DNA from: Kofleriaceae bacterium
GTDB lineage: Bacteria > Myxococcota_A > Polyangia > Haliangiales > Haliangiaceae
Reading direction: 5' to 3'
Assembly (NCBI GenBank): GCA_022842285.1
Contig: JALHPV010000002.1
Span: 15,597 to 79,596, forward strand
DNA length: 64,000 bases
Shown here: positions 25,497 through 34,902 of the stretch, one piece after another
Layout: every line of letters starts with the position of its first letter
Position numbering within the stretch: the first letter of the stretch is position 1
Notes under the pieces: generated by a model
The model's input: the letters and a program-made list of their open reading frames with translations, nothing else
What the model was told of the DNA's origin: nothing
The model's database searches: none
Program-made: the position numbers and the translations under genes

Positions 25497-27329
25497 TTAC
25501 TCCACGACGTCGACGCCGCGCTTGGCCAGCTTCTGAACCGTCTTCTTGCCGGCGGGGGACAGGGCGACCTGCCAGAGGCCGAGGGTCCGTAGATTGGGCA
25601 GGGCCAGGAGGGCGACGGGATCCTCGATGTCGGTTGCTGACAGGTCGAGGGCGGTGAGGGAGGTCCGGCGGGCGAAGGCAGGGAGCAGGGAGTCATCCGT
25701 GTCCTGGCCGTAGAGGGAGAGGGTGCGCAGGTGGGGCCAGGCATCGAGATCGGTGATGCCGGAGCGGATGCGGGTGTTGCCGATGGCCAGCTCGGTGAGG
25801 CCGGTGAAGGAGCGAAGGGTCGGGATAGCGAAGTCGTCGACGTTGGTGTCGGTGAGGTGGAGGGTGTCGAGGTCGACGAGCGGCGCGAGGGCGACGAGGG
25901 TGGTCGAGGTGACGGAGGTGCTGTCGAGATAGAGGCGCTCGAGCTTGGTGAGGGCGGCGAGGGCGCGGAGGGCAGGGTCGGACGCTTCGGTCTTGGAGAG
26001 GACGAGTGTCCGGAGATCGGACAGCTTGGCGATGCGGGCGACGGTGGGATCACCGATGCGGTCCTTGGCGACGCCGAGGGCCTCGAGGGCGGGGAGGCGA
26101 TCGAGGATGGCGAGGCCGGCGTCGGTGACGGCGGTCCGGGACAGCCAGAGCTCGGAGAGGACGGGGGAGACGGGGCCGGCGAGGGCGGCGTCCGTGATCC
26201 AGGTGCCGTCGAGGCGGAGGCTGCGGAGCTTGGGCTTGGCGAGGAGGAGCGCGGCCGCGTCGTCGTCGACGGGGGTGTCGGCGAGGTCGATGTTGCGGAG
26301 CTCGGCGAGGGCGGTGAGCTTGCTGATGGTCGCCTTGGTGATGGCGGTGCCGGCGAGGTGCACCGTCATGAGCAGCGGGAGGGAGGCGAGGGGCAGCCCG
26401 GTGGCATCGGTGATCTTGCTGCCGGAGAGGCCGATATCGACGAGGGCGGGCGCCTTGGCGAGCCAGGCGACATCGGTGTCGGTGGGCTTGTAGCCGACGA
26501 GGTCCGAGGCGTTGAAGCGGATGAGGCCGGGGGCGAGGGGCGCGAGGGTCGCGAGCTCCTTGCCGACGTAGGTGTGGTCGATGAAGAGCTGGCGCGGGTG
26601 GAGGGTTCGCAGCGCGGCGATGGTCTGGGCGCCGATCTCGGTGCCCCCCAGGTCGATGATGTCGAGGTCGGTGAGCTGACCCAGGGCCGCGCCGCCGGCA
26701 TCGGTGAGACGGGTGCCGGCGAGCACGAGGGTCTTCAGGTGCATCTGCGCGGCCACGGTCTTCGCACCGGCGTCGGTGACGGGCGTGTCCTCGAGATCGA
26801 GCGCGAGCACGGTGTCCCCGAGGTTCGCGGCGATCCAGCCGAGCGCCGCGTCATCGACGAGGGTGCGCGCCACGCCGAGCCGGTCGATGCGCAGGTCGGG
26901 TGACAGCTTCTGGATGGCTCCGGCATCGAGGTCGGTGCCGTCGAGGAGCAACGCCTTCAGGTCAGGGAGGTCATGCAGCTGATCCGCCCAGGCGGCGATC
27001 GCCTGACCGCGCAGCGACAGGCCGGGGACGCGTTCGGACCGCACGATGCCGAGCAGCGCGGTGAAGGTCGTGGCCGTCAGCGGCGCGATGGGCTCGACGT
27101 ACCAGGGACCCGTCGGGAGCGCGGTGAGGCCCGGAAGCTCGCCGACCTCGACTTCACCCTCGGGGAGCCAGGCCATCACCCGGACGCGAACCGTCCACGG
27201 CGACGCGGGCGCGGTCTCGACGGGCGGGGCCACGACCGGGGGCGGGGCCTCGACGACCATGGGGGGACGGGGCGGGGCCGGCTTCGTACATCCCGCCACG
27301 AAGGCGACCAGCAGAGGGGCGCGCAGCAT
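25497..27329 (-). CDS. Leucine-rich-repeat lipoprotein (610 aa)
   Basis: It has the lipobox LLVAFVAGC, followed by about 20 RNI-type LRR units (L..L.L..T.ITDAGL..L..L..L). Confidence 0.75.
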   Translation of the reverse strand: MLRAPLLVAFVAGCTKPAPPRPPMVVEAPPPVVAPPVETAPASPWTVRVRVMAWLPEGEVEVGELPGLTALPTGPWYVEPIAPLTATTFTALLGIVRSERVPGLSLRGQAIAAWADQLHDLPDLKALLLDGTDLDAGAIQKLSPDLRIDRLGVARTLVDDAALGWIAANLGDTVLALDLEDTPVTDAGAKTVAAQMHLKTLVLAGTRLTDAGGAALGQLTDLDIIDLGGTEIGAQTIAALRTLHPRQLFIDHTYVGKELATLAPLAPGLIRFNASDLVGYKPTDTDVAWLAKAPALVDIGLSGSKITDATGLPLASLPLLMTVHLAGTAITKATISKLTALAELRNIDLADTPVDDDAAALLLAKPKLRSLRLDGTWITDAALAGPVSPVLSELWLSRTAVTDAGLAILDRLPALEALGVAKDRIGDPTVARIAKLSDLRTLVLSKTEASDPALRALAALTKLERLYLDSTSVTSTTLVALAPLVDLDTLHLTDTNVDDFAIPTLRSFTGLTELAIGNTRIRSGITDLDAWPHLRTLSLYGQDTDDSLLPAFARRTSLTALDLSATDIEDPVALLALPNLRTLGLWQVALSPAGKKTVQKLAKRGVDVVE

Positions 27330-27365
27330 CCCCGGGAGGACACCACGAGGAAGGGGCTGGTTGCG

Positions 27366-28265
27366 TCAGGGAACGATGAGTGGCTCGAAGTATTCGGTCG
27401 TGACGGCGCGGTCCGTGAAGTTCGTGTAGTCGCGCGCGAGGTCGTAGCGGAGCGGGTTGTGCGGCTTGTGGGTGATGACCACGTCGTGGAGACACCAGCC
27501 GGCGCCCGACTGGCAGCCTGTGCCGCGGATGTTCACCTCGAACAGGGTCGCCCCCGTGCCGCGGTACGCCGAGAAGAGCGACTTCGCGGCGCCATGGTTC
27601 TGCGAGAGACCGGAGGTCAGCGCCGGATCCTTCGCGTAGACGAACTGCAGCGCGCCGAGCTTGTTCGCGAGAGCCGTCGAGAGACCGCTGCCCCCACCAT
27701 CGAGGTTCGAGTAGCTGATGCGGGCGAGGATGTCGTCGCGGCCGGCGGTGCTCAGCTGCCGCAGGAATTCGTGTGCGACGAACGCGCCGCTCGAGTGCGC
27801 GACGACGAAGATGGGGGCGGTACCGTCATCGAAGCCGAGCAGGTGGGGCCGGATCTTCGAGTTGCCGATCTCCTGCGCCGCGTAGCCCGGATCCTGCGGG
27901 CCCTGCACGGCGTAGACATGACCGACCCCGGCCTCGCCGAGGCGCGCATTCACGAGCTCGCTGGCCCACGCCGCGGTGTAGCCGATGCGCGCCGAGTAGC
28001 CGCCGTAGGCGATCAGGATGCCGGGCTGGTCGTTGACCTTCTGGTATGCGACGCCGCGGCCGACCGAGACCCAGCCCGAGTCGAACCAGTCGTCGGACTT
28101 GCCCCCGAGGTCGGTGTCGAGTCCCTCTTCGACCTCCGGCTCGATGAAATCATCGTCGCCGACCGTGGCACAGCCGGTGACCATCACTCCGAGGAGAACC
28201 GTCGTCGCCAGGGCCCACATATGTGTCGCGGCCAATGCGAGCGCCGCACCAGCGCGCATTTGCAC
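27366..28265 (-). CDS. Secreted lipoprotein, alpha/beta-hydrolase (esterase/lipase)-like
   Basis: It has the lipobox LLGVMVTGC and a GxSxG-type nucleophile elbow in FVVAHSSGAFVAHEF. Confidence 0.55.
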   Translation of the reverse strand: MQMRAGAALALAATHMWALATTVLLGVMVTGCATVGDDDFIEPEVEEGLDTDLGGKSDDWFDSGWVSVGRGVAYQKVNDQPGILIAYGGYSARIGYTAAWASELVNARLGEAGVGHVYAVQGPQDPGYAAQEIGNSKIRPHLLGFDDGTAPIFVVAHSSGAFVAHEFLRQLSTAGRDDILARISYSNLDGGGSGLSTALANKLGALQFVYAKDPALTSGLSQNHGAAKSLFSAYRGTGATLFEVNIRGTGCQSGAGWCLHDVVITHKPHNPLRYDLARDYTNFTDRAVTTEYFEPLIVP

Positions 28266-28412
28266 TTCATGCCACGCGTGGTCCAGAGGTTGGGCGGGTC
28301 AGGGAGCCGGAGTGAATGCCCCAAACGTGGGACCTTCGCTCCCAGCGACGAGGTCGCACTGTGCAGGGGGCCGCACAACCTGTGCGGCAGACAGCGCATC
28401 TCCGGCCGAGCA

Positions 28413-29018
28413 TCACACCAGGGTGATCGAAGGCGCGACCACGAGCTTGATGAACTCTTCGCGCGTCGCCGGGTTCTCGAGGAACACGCCCCGCACACCC
28501 GAGGTGACGAGGCGCGCCTCGTGGGCGCCGACGCCGCGCGCCGCCATGCACATGTGCAGACCTTCGATGTAGACCGCCGAGCCCTGCGACTGCAGCTGCT
28601 CGTGCAACGCGTCGGCGAGCTCGTGGGTGAGATCCTCTTGCAGGCGCGGACCACGCGCCAGGAGGCGGGCGAGGCGCGACAGCTTCGACAGCCCGAGCAC
28701 CTTCTCCGTCGGGATGTACGCCATCGAGATGCGGTAGATGACCGGCAGCAGGTGGTGCGGGCACACGCCGAACGCGGTGTTGTGCTTCGAGATGACCATC
28801 TCCGTGTACTTCGCGGGGAAGGTCTTCGCGAGCAGCGTCTCTACTTCCGCCCGCGCTTGCGTTTGGTCGTGGATGAGCTCGTGGAAGCCTTTCGCGGCTC
28901 GGACCGCGGTGTCGACGAAGTTCGCGTCCTGCGTGTCGAACCCGAGGACCCCGATACCTTCGACGATCTTCTGGTAGCCCTCGACGAAGAGGGCGAGCGC
29001 GGCGGGATTGAGCTCCAT
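28413..29018 (-). CDS. folE: GTP cyclohydrolase I (type 1)
   Basis: The zinc and active-site blocks are FGVCPHHLLP and GLHMCMAARGV, with an LSKLSRLARLLA block. Confidence 0.9.
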   Translation of the reverse strand: MELNPAALALFVEGYQKIVEGIGVLGFDTQDANFVDTAVRAAKGFHELIHDQTQARAEVETLLAKTFPAKYTEMVISKHNTAFGVCPHHLLPVIYRISMAYIPTEKVLGLSKLSRLARLLARGPRLQEDLTHELADALHEQLQSQGSAVYIEGLHMCMAARGVGAHEARLVTSGVRGVFLENPATREEFIKLVVAPSITLV

Positions 29019-30088
29019 GGAGTGTCCTCGTACGTGCGCAGGAGAGCGGAGGTGGCGGCGGCAATGCCGAGCTGGCGTGCGTCCGCGATCCGGACCGTCG
29101 CGAGCGCGTCGTAGCTCGGATCACCATCGGTCACAAGCCGCGCAGGCAGGCGTCCACGTACGAGGTCCACGGTGAGCCGGCGGTGCGACAACGTCTGCGC
29201 GTGGGTCGCCACGACCTCGTCATCGATCGCGGAACCGAGGCGCCGCGCGAGCTCGTCCGATGGCAGCTCCCACAAACCACCGAACAGCCCCTCGGGCCGC
29301 CGCCGCGCGAGAAGGATCTCGTCGCCCTCCTGCATCCACACGAGGCGAAGCGCGAGGAGGGGGAGGTCCTTCTCCTTCTTGCGCACGGGCATCACCGGGA
29401 GCTCGTCCTGTCGCCCGGTCCGCGCGGCCACACACTGTCCGGACAGCGGACAGATCAGACACCGGGGGTTCGTGGGCGTGCAGGTGGTCGCGCCGAGCTC
29501 CATCAGGCCCTGGTTCAGATCACCGGGCGCGTAGCTCGCGGGCAGTCCCGCCATGACCTCGGCCGCGGCCGCCCATAGCGCCTTGCCGCCCGCCGTGGAC
29601 TTCACGTCGAGCTCGATTCCGCACACGCGCGCGAGCACCCGGGCGACGTTGCCGTCGACGAGGGGCGTGCGCTCGCCGAACGCGATCGACGCGATCGCCC
29701 CCGCCGTGTACGGACCGATGCCGGGCACGGTGCGCAACTCGGCCGCCCGCGTGGGCATCGCGGCGTCGGGACGCGCCATCACCGCCTGCGCGCCCGCCTT
29801 CAGATTGCGCGCGCGCGAGTAATAGCCGAGCCCCGCCCACGCCGCGAGCACGTCATCGAGTGGTGCCTCGGCCAGCGCGCGCACGGTCGGAAAGCGGGCC
29901 ATCCAGCGCTCCCAGTAGGGGATCACCGTGGCCACGCGGGTCTGCTGGCACATGATCTCGGAGACCCAGATCGCATACGGATCGCGTGACCGGCGCCACG
30001 GCAGGTCGCGCTTGATCGCCGCGTAGTGCTCGACGACGGCCGAGGCGATCGCGCCGGATGGCGACGCGGTTCGATCCTTCGCTCGCAC
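28841..30088 (-). CDS. mutY: A/G-specific adenine DNA glycosylase
   Basis: It shows the HhH-GPD region (WVSEIMCQQTRV, GLGYYSRARNL, VPGIGPYTAGA), the 4Fe-4S cluster loop CTPTNPRCLICPLSGQC, and a NUDIX-like C-terminal domain. The GTG start is inferred. The 3' tail overlaps folE by 178 nt. Confidence 0.85.
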   Translation of the reverse strand: MRAKDRTASPSGAIASAVVEHYAAIKRDLPWRRSRDPYAIWVSEIMCQQTRVATVIPYWERWMARFPTVRALAEAPLDDVLAAWAGLGYYSRARNLKAGAQAVMARPDAAMPTRAAELRTVPGIGPYTAGAIASIAFGERTPLVDGNVARVLARVCGIELDVKSTAGGKALWAAAAEVMAGLPASYAPGDLNQGLMELGATTCTPTNPRCLICPLSGQCVAARTGRQDELPVMPVRKKEKDLPLLALRLVWMQEGDEILLARRRPEGLFGGLWELPSDELARRLGSAIDDEVVATHAQTLSHRRLTVDLVRGRLPARLVTDGDPSYDALATVRIADARQLGIAAATSALLRTYEDTPWSSIPPRSPSSSRATRRSSKVSGSSGSTRRTRTSSTPRSEPRKASTSSSTTKRKRGRK

Positions 30089-30101
30089 GCGGCGCGGCCT
30101 G

Positions 30102-30815
30102 CTAGAGCGCGGGCATCGGCGTGCCCTCGGCCCGCATCGGCCAGACGCGCCAGGTCACGCCGCCGCGCGCATCGCGGAACACCAGGGCGAGCTCGCCTTC
30201 GAGGCGGTCGTCGTCGTCCACCTTGATGTACGCGGAGGTCGGCAGGTCGTAGTCACTCATCGTGCCCACCGAGGTGAGCCAGTTGATGTCGTCTTCCAGG
30301 ACGGCTTCGACGAACAAGGGCGTCTCGACGGCCGCGTCGATGACGAGCTCGGTCTTGTCACGCAGCGGCTCGCCATTGATCGTGGCGCTGTCGATGGACG
30401 GATTGGTGCGCGTCTCACCGAGGTAGACCGTCTTCACCGCGAGGAGCGAGCCCGCCTGATACGACACGCCCACCGAGAGCGGCACGGGGGCCCCGGGCAT
30501 CAAGCCGAGCTCGGTGCGAGCGGCCTGCAGGGCGGCCTCGTCGGGCACGGTGACCGTCCACTGTCCGTTCGTGGCGACCAGGCTCGATGCGAGGCTCATC
30601 GGCGCCACGACGACGGCCCCCTCCGGGGGAAGCTCCTGGGCCGGCGCGCCCTCGTTCGCGATCAGCGACGTGATCGTCGAGACCTCGCCCGATACGATTC
30701 CCGGCGGCTCGGCCCGGACGGCGACGATGCGCGTGTAGTCGAGATCCCATTCGAGCGGGAGATCATCGATGCAACCAGCGAACAACGCGATGGAGACGGC
30801 GAGCAGGACTCTCAA
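30102..30815 (-). CDS. Lipoprotein downstream of, and coupled to, the TonB-dependent receptor (237 aa)
   Basis: The TTG at 30813-30815 gives M-RVLLAVSIALFAGC, a lipobox. It overlaps the receptor stop as TTGA. The start codon is inferred. Confidence 0.5.
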   Translation of the reverse strand: MRVLLAVSIALFAGCIDDLPLEWDLDYTRIVAVRAEPPGIVSGEVSTITSLIANEGAPAQELPPEGAVVVAPMSLASSLVATNGQWTVTVPDEAALQAARTELGLMPGAPVPLSVGVSYQAGSLLAVKTVYLGETRTNPSIDSATINGEPLRDKTELVIDAAVETPLFVEAVLEDDINWLTSVGTMSDYDLPTSAYIKVDDDDRLEGELALVFRDARGGVTWRVWPMRAEGTPMPAL

Positions 30816-33072
30816 AACACACCTCGGATGCCGAGCGAAGGGATGATCGGAATCGTGCGGAACGCGCTGCGCGTCGTGTAGTCGAAGCTGTAGATGTACG
30901 AGACGACGCTCGAGTTGGCGTAGACGTTCTGGACGTCGAGGAAGCCCGTGATCAAGACAGGCCCGGCCTTCCACGTGCGGTCGACACGGAGGTCGAGCTG
31001 ATGGTGGACCTCGACGCGATCGCTGTTCGGCTCGGCGTACGTCGGGACGTACAGGTTGCGATCGCTATCGAAGAACGAGCCGGTCGCGGGCGTGAAGGGC
31101 AGGCCGGAGTACACCTGGAACCGGCCGCCGAACTGCCACTTCCCCTTTTGCCAGGAGAGGGCGAGGTTCAGGTTGTGCGGCTGGTCGAACGAGAAGAGCC
31201 GGTTGTCCTCGCCGGGCCGGTCGACGCGCTCGGACCGCGACAGCGTGTACGCCATCCACGCGAACCAGGGTCCCCCGCGATACGTCGCGAGGAGCTCGGT
31301 GCCGTAGGAGCGGCCGCGCCCGCGGTTCCCCAGCGCGCCCGTCATGAAGTCTTCGGTCGTGATCAGCGCGTGCCGATCGGTGTAGTAGAGCGAAGCCTGG
31401 GTCCGGAAGCCTTCACGGGGCTGGTACTGGAGGCCGAGGATCGCCTGCCGCGAGCGTTCGCTCTGGAGCGACTCGGTGAGGAGCTCGCTCTGGAACTCCG
31501 GGGGCCGCGAGAACAGACCCGCCGAGAACCGGGCCGTCCAGGCCTTGTCGAACTTCCACGATAGCTCGCCGCGCGGCTGCACCACGGTCTCGTTGGGCCG
31601 CCCGAAGTGTTCGGCGCGCACGCCGACCGTCGCGCGGATCTTGTCCTTCTCGAGGTCGGCCGATAGCGCGGTCCACACCGCCACGTTCGGGGTCCAGACC
31701 TTGCCGTCGAAGCGAGTCGTCGTGTCCTCGGGATCGAACGGATCCATCATCCCGGGCTCGCCCTCGCGGGGCTCGCGGGGCAGGGCGATCGAGATGCCGT
31801 AGCGCGAGAGGGGAGCCTCGCCGCCGAAGCGCCACTGCACGTTCGCGAGGCCACCGGCCTCCGCGCTGGTCTTTGCGACCTCGAAGCGCGGCGTGACCTC
31901 GACCTTGTCGATCTCGATGTACTGGAACGCGCCCAGCTCGAAAGTGAACTCCTGGATCAGCGACGACATCGACAGGTCAGCGGTCCACCCGTCGTCGTGG
32001 TAGCGCGCGTTCGCGGTCGAGCGGAGAAAGCGGGTGCGATTGAAGAAGCGCTTCTCGGCCGCGTCCTCGTCCTTGCTCGCCACGAGCTCGAACGTGTCGT
32101 CGGTGCCGACGGTGGAGAGCGTGGCGTCCCACTTGGCGTTCACCTTGTGATCGACGCGGACCTGGCCATCCCAGTACCGGGGCACCGTCGTGAGCGACAG
32201 ATCGACGCTCTCGGGGATCAGGGGGGGAGCACGAAGTCGATCGTCGAGCGCCGGATGGCGAGCAGGTACCGCGTGTCCTTGCCCGCCGGCCCCTGCGCCA
32301 CCACGCCGCCATCGACGAACGAGACCTCGGCCTGGTTCGTCCGGTTCTCGGACCCGGGCCGGGTCGTCAGTTTCACGATACCCGACGAGGCTCGTCCGTA
32401 CGCGACATCGAAGCCGCCGGGGATGAAGTCGAGCGACTGGATCGTCTCCGCCGGCGTGATCGCGCGGAACCCGATCTGGTGGAACAGCACGGGGACTTCG
32501 AAGTTGTCGACAAAGACCTTGCTGTCCTGCGGGGACGACCCGCGGATCACGACGCCGGAGTACCCGATGGGGAGCTGCGAGTTGACCACGCCGGGCATGA
32601 TGGTCAGCGCACGCACGACATCGCCGCCGGTGCCGGGAATCCGCTGGAGCTCCTGGCGATCCAGCTTGGCCGCTCCCGGAGCGGCCGCGGGCGCCTCACC
32701 GGAGATCTCGATCGTCTCCGCGCTCGGCACGAGCATCACGACGTCATCGATGACCTCGCCGGTCACGATGGCGATGCTGGCCTCGTACAGATCGTTCTCG
32801 AACGTGAGGGTCGCGCCGATCGGGGCGGTCAGCTTGAAGAAGCCGTCCTTGTCCGTCATGGTCGTGACGTCGGACGCTTCGACCGCCACCTTGACCTTGC
32901 GGACCGGCTTGCCGAACGCATCGATCACCCGGCCGCGCACCAGGATGGTCGGCTGACTGGCCGGGTCCGCAGGCGGTGGCCCCCCCTCCGGAGCCGTGGC
33001 TCCGTCTGGTTGGGCCATTGCCACGCTGGTACCGAGCGTGAGCGCGGCGACACCAAATCCAACAAGTCGCAT
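30812..33072 (-). pseudogene. TonB-dependent receptor interrupted by a frameshift at a G7 (C7 on the coding strand) homopolymer
   Basis: The N-terminal ORF (32218-33072) has a signal peptide, a carboxypeptidase-regulatory-like domain and a plug (LQRIPGTGGDVVRALTIMPGV). The C-terminal ORF (30812-32185) is the beta-barrel and ends in the typical terminal F. The two frames join seamlessly (..VLPP-LIPESVDLSLTTVPRYWDG..) if the tract at 32221-32227 is one base longer. Confidence 0.75.
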
Positions 33073-33612
33073 GGAAGCCACGTGAGGGTAGCAACGTGTG
33101 TGCCCCCTCGCGTCCCGTTCGTTCATGCAATTGAGACGAACGAGTGTGAACGATTCCGACACGTGTCGTGTCGGCGACAAGTTCGCCTCACGGATCCGGG
33201 AGGATCACGTCGGAGATCTTGACGGCGAGCTGGTTCCGCGGGTTCCCCACGACCCGCCGGATCCAGGTGCCGGTCGCAGGTGCGTCACCCGCGACACCTG
33301 TCCCGGCGGCCGACCGGGCTTCCGCGCCATCAGGCCGTGAGCTTCCACCGCTCGGGCCGCGCATCGTCATGCTGCTGGATCAGAAGACCGGACGACGCGA
33401 CGGTTCGCGCCCGATCTCCCGCCGTATCCGGTTCGCCAACTCGCGTGGTCTCCAAACGGTGCGAAGCTGCTCGCGAGTCGTCGTGATGGTGAGCGATCCT
33501 CGTCGGACGCGCGACCCGAGCGGGAGATATCTGGGAGGCGGAGCTTCTGGAACAACCGCGCGCCCCCGATCGTTGACCCGCTTCGTGTGGGAGAATTCCC
33601 GCAGGAGGCAGA

Positions 33613-34902
33613 ATGAAGAGGGGCTCGCTGGCTGCGGTCGTTTTGATGTGGGCGTGTGGTGGCAAGACGGCAACACCGCCGCCCACCCCGACGGGCAACC
33701 AGCCGGTCGCCGAGAAGGTCGCCGCGACGGAGGCCAAGGCCGACGATGGCCCGAGCTGCCAGACAGCGGCGCGCATGCTCCTCAAGGAGCGCGGTCCCGG
33801 CAAGATCCCGACGAAGCACTGGGACCGCGCGCGCACGGCCGGTGAGGCCGAGATCGTTGCGCTCTGCCTGACCGATCAGTGGGACGAGGAGACGCTCAAG
33901 TGCTTCCCGAAGCGCGCGTCGGCATTCAGCTGCCTCTCCAACCTGTCGTCGGATCTCCAGTACAAGTACGAGCGTCGCATCGAGGACTGGGAGTACTCCA
34001 CGACGATGAAGCTCGACCAGGGCGTGGTCGGCGGTGCCGGCTATGGCGGCGCGGGCTACGGCGGCATGTACGGCGGCATGGGCGGCGGCCCTGGCCAGCC
34101 CGAGGAAGAGTGGATCGCGTGCGAGACGACGCTGGGGGACGTCGCGATGTACGCGCCCGCCATCGGCGAGAAGGTGCCCGATCGGGACTTCCTCGTCGCG
34201 CAGCGCAAGCAGTTCATCGCGCGGGCGTGCAACATGCAGTGGAAGAACCCGGAGAAGAAGTGCTTCGGCGCCGCGAAGGATGCGGCGAGCATCGAGGCGT
34301 GCCGCAACAAGCTCGCCCCGACGACGAAGAACTCGCTCGCGAACATGATCGCCGACTCGCGCGGCAAGTACGAGAAGCTCGTCGCCCTGAAGAAGAAGCC
34401 AAAGACGATCGACTGCAAGGCCGTCTCGCTCTCGTTCTATGGCGATGACGCGATCCGCGGCAAGCTGACGGCGATCGACGCCGCGGAGCGCACCCGGGTG
34501 ATCAAGGAGTCGCGCGAGAAGCTGGCGTCGACGTGCACCACGGACAAGTGGGATGCCACGCGCCGCGCCTGCATGATCATCTCGAACGGCCAGATGTACG
34601 AGCTCGGTGACTGCTTCCCGAGCGATCAGCCAAACTCCATGTACAAGTGGGGCTTCCCCGCGCCCGGCATCATGTTCAAGACGGGCGTCATGGCCTGCGA
34701 CGCCACCACCGAGACGGTGAAGAAGATCGCGGCCTGCACCTCGATCAAGCAGTCGATCCGCGACAGCGTGCTCGATCGCTATGGCCAGGAGCTCTCGAGC
34801 TGGATCGAGTATGGCGGCATGGGGGACGACGTCACCAAGCGCTGCCAGGAGATGAACGACGGCTACAAGGCCGGCGCGAAAGAGTTCGGCTGCACGATCT
34901 AG
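33613..34902 (+). CDS. Secreted lipoprotein with three repeated Cys modules and a Gly/Tyr-rich linker (429 aa)
   Basis: AGGAGG lies 6 nt upstream of the ATG. The lipobox is AAVVLMWAC. The repeated modules are CLTDQWDEETLKCF, CNMQWKNPEKKCF and CTTDKWDATRRAC. The linker is GGAGYGGAGYGGMYGGMGGGPG. Confidence 0.7.
   Translation: MKRGSLAAVVLMWACGGKTATPPPTPTGNQPVAEKVAATEAKADDGPSCQTAARMLLKERGPGKIPTKHWDRARTAGEAEIVALCLTDQWDEETLKCFPKRASAFSCLSNLSSDLQYKYERRIEDWEYSTTMKLDQGVVGGAGYGGAGYGGMYGGMGGGPGQPEEEWIACETTLGDVAMYAPAIGEKVPDRDFLVAQRKQFIARACNMQWKNPEKKCFGAAKDAASIEACRNKLAPTTKNSLANMIADSRGKYEKLVALKKKPKTIDCKAVSLSFYGDDAIRGKLTAIDAAERTRVIKESREKLASTCTTDKWDATRRACMIISNGQMYELGDCFPSDQPNSMYKWGFPAPGIMFKTGVMACDATTETVKKIAACTSIKQSIRDSVLDRYGQELSSWIEYGGMGDDVTKRCQEMNDGYKAGAKEFGCTI

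Noticed and set aside
33073-33612. A 540-bp non-coding region between the frameshifted TonB-dependent receptor and the Cys-module lipoprotein. It has small hairpins (cgttcgt..acgaacg at about 33116-33146, cgacacg-tgt-cgtgtcg at about 33152-33168) and two CACGTG sites. I considered a riboswitch, a small RNA or a decayed gene.
   Set aside because: I cannot match any riboswitch consensus (for example the cobalamin B12 box) by eye. The ORFs in the region (33098-33340, 33188-33370, 33168-33845) translate to low-complexity sequence. Two isolated CACGTG sites are within chance expectation. A covariance-model scan (Rfam/Infernal) is needed.
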